Assembly (NCBI GenBank): GCA_963662265.2
Contig: CAXXHA010000011.1
Coordinates: forward strand, 32,001-96,000
Source: Spirochaetia bacterium
GTDB taxonomy: Bacteria > Spirochaetota > Spirochaetia > CADAEX01
DNA length: 64,000 nucleotides
Direction: 5' to 3'
In this document: piece by piece, positions 62,231 through 64,000 of the stretch
Numbering within the stretch: position 1 is the stretch's first letter
Layout: the number at the start of each line of letters is the position of its first letter
Notes under the pieces: model-generated
The model's database searches: none
The model's input: the letters and a program-made list of their open reading frames with translations, nothing else
What the model was told of the DNA's origin: nothing
Program-made: the position numbers and the translations under genes

Positions 62231-62452
62231 TAGAATTCCAGATGTACTGTTTTTGATCCGGGGGCAATGATTCAATTTTCTATCTACAGGCCAGTGAAAA
62301 TATTTTTTAGAGTTTTATGAAAAGTCTTTAAAGATGGATCATTAAAACCGGAATTGATTCTAATCATGATGCTTCATGGATGCAAGGCTTACGGGATCTG
62401 TTCGTTTCAGTATTTTGTATCAGATCCTGATCTGGAAAAGAAGGGTAGGTTT

Positions 62453-64000
62453 TTATCTTTTCAAGATCAGGTCAAGTAAAATATCCTGCTGGGAATAGTC
62501 GGGAATTATAAAATCAGCTCCCGCTTTTATCAGTCTTTCCCTTTTTTCCCTGTTGAGACTGTATCGCCTGACCTCATCGCTTGCAATACCTACAGATATT
62601 CCCCCTGCATTTACTGTCTGAGCTATCTCAACCGGACCGTCTCCGAATGTAATAAGGTTCTCCGCATTCTTACTTCCTACAGTTTTTATTATCCTGCTGA
62701 TTACTGCTTTTTTTGGATCATCTGCAATATCATCTGACGCTCCGAAAATACCTCCGTTAAAGAGATCATTATACCCGAGCAGTTCTGCCTCTTTCTTTAC
62801 ATCTTCTTCATCAGTTCCGCTTGCAAGATATAAAATTACCCCTTTTTCCCTCAGTTTTTCAAGGAAATCCACAGCTCCCTTGATTGTTACATCCTGTATA
62901 TCCAGTTCCATGTTGCCCAGTTTTTCAATTCTCCTGTTTACAAGCTGCATCAGCCTTTTGTTGTAAATTTTCTTGTATTCATGTATATCCAGAATCATAT
63001 TCTCCGGAACAAGTCTGAATTCCCTGATCAGATTAGTAAGACCATCCATCTGAATAAGAGTCATAAGTCCTGTTGTCTTGTCAATAAAATCACTTACCCT
63101 GGCCTGTATTATCCTATAAAGGGAAGAATCAATGTCAGCTTCTCCGATTATTGATTCTGTCATCATCGGATGCATAACCTCTTCCCATCCCTGTCTGAGT
63201 GTAGAAATTGTACCATCATGATCAAAGAGTGCGAATTTTATATTCCTGTCAAAGTCAGATCTCTTTATTATCTCAATTTCTGAGTTCTTAAGGTATTCTG
63301 CCTTTGAATGGTTCAGGGCCAGTTCCGGATTGTAAATATAAACTGCCTCATTTTCCATTTTCTGTATTTCTTCAGGAGATGCAGTCCCTGTCGTGTGAAG
63401 TTTTTTTACAGTCACAGCAGCAGCAAGATTTCCTATAACTGCAGCATCATGGGAAGGAAACCCTGAGCCTGTAGCTGCGGCAATTGCAGCAAGCGCTGTG
63501 TCTCCGGCACCTACTGTATCAATCTCAGACAGGATCTGTATTCCCGGTATTTCCATGCAGCCTGTACTGCTGCATACAATAATTCCCCGTTCCCCCCTTG
63601 TGAGGAAAACAGGTTTCTCCCATATATTGTAAAGCTCCTTTGCAGCCTTCAGATCTTTGTCCCAGCTTTCCTCAAGTTTTATCCCGTTTTTTTCAAGTAC
63701 TTTGAAAGCTTCTTCCCTGTTGATTTTTCTGCTTGTTCCCCTGAAATCCTGCGAAAAATCCCTGCTGTCTGTTATGCACAGAGTCTCAGGGGATCTGTTC
63801 AGCAATTTAACCAGCTGTTTTCTGAAATAGTCTGAATGGATCCCTGAAATCAGCTGCTGGTTGATGATGAGAATATCTGTATCAGGAAGAGCTGTTTTAA
63901 GATTTGATAACAATCTGTCAGCTGTGGTATTTTCAAGAAGGTTGAAATTACCGAAATCAATCCTGTTCCCTTCGGTTCCGTTTTTCAGTATTTTGGTATA
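62453..64000 (-). CDS. PfkB/HldE(RfaE domain I)-like kinase fused to a HAD phosphatase (5' end outside window)
   Basis: RIDFGNFN, LTRGERG, DTVGAGDT, GNLAAAVTVKKLHTTGTAS; then FDHDGTISTLRQGWE, LASGTD, FGDGPVE. Open to the window edge. Confidence 0.85.
   Translation of the reverse strand, partial: YTKILKNGTEGNRIDFGNFNLLENTTADRLLSNLKTALPDTDILIINQQLISGIHSDYFRKQLVKLLNRSPETLCITDSRDFSQDFRGTSRKINREEAFKVLEKNGIKLEESWDKDLKAAKELYNIWEKPVFLTRGERGIIVCSSTGCMEIPGIQILSEIDTVGAGDTALAAIAAATGSGFPSHDAAVIGNLAAAVTVKKLHTTGTASPEEIQKMENEAVYIYNPELALNHSKAEYLKNSEIEIIKRSDFDRNIKFALFDHDGTISTLRQGWEEVMHPMMTESIIGEADIDSSLYRIIQARVSDFIDKTTGLMTLIQMDGLTNLIREFRLVPENMILDIHEYKKIYNKRLMQLVNRRIEKLGNMELDIQDVTIKGAVDFLEKLREKGVILYLASGTDEEDVKKEAELLGYNDLFNGGIFGASDDIADDPKKAVISRIIKTVGSKNAENLITFGDGPVEIAQTVNAGGISVGIASDEVRRYSLNREKRERLIKAGADFIIPDYSQQDILLDLILKR

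Noticed and set aside
1-64000. CRISPR arrays, tRNA/rRNA, prophage, integrase or defence genes
   Set aside because: No repeat-spacer arrays or recognisable motifs were seen by eye.

Overview
AT-rich spirochete (Spirochaetales-like) chromosome segment. Bases 1-30.2 kb hold one contiguous periplasmic-flagellum supercluster: hslU-flgBC-fliEFGHIJ-flbB-fliK-flgDE-flbD-motAB-fliLMYOPQR-flhBA-flhFG-orf-fliA-fapA-orf-orf. It is followed by an atypical CheA-like kinase, an orphan sugar-binding protein coupled to a Cache-HAMP-PAS-GGDEF cyclase, and an EAL remnant. Next come a seven-gene membrane/RDD/SpoIIM/DUF4129/DUF4350/MoxR/DUF58 operon, nagD, two orphan family-3 SBPs, a lipoprotein and a Re-citrate-synthase-like enzyme with a C-terminal Cache-like domain. 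The window ends in a sugar locus: two-component system, TRAP transporter, AGE epimerase, LacI with operator, Gfo/Idh/MocA plus TIM-barrel pair, ROK kinase, GmhA-like isomerase and a PfkB/HldE-HAD fusion. Many genes are broken by mostly single-base homopolymer insertions, most likely sequencing errors. No rRNA, tRNA, CRISPR array or intact transposase was seen. The best leads are a possible heptose or rare-sugar catabolic pathway, the MoxR/RDD/SpoIIM envelope operon, the SBP-DGC/CheA module, poly-G ribosome-binding sites on flagellar basal-body/export genes, and a membrane protein with a FliF-like C-terminal tail. All calls come from motif recognition only; no searches were run.
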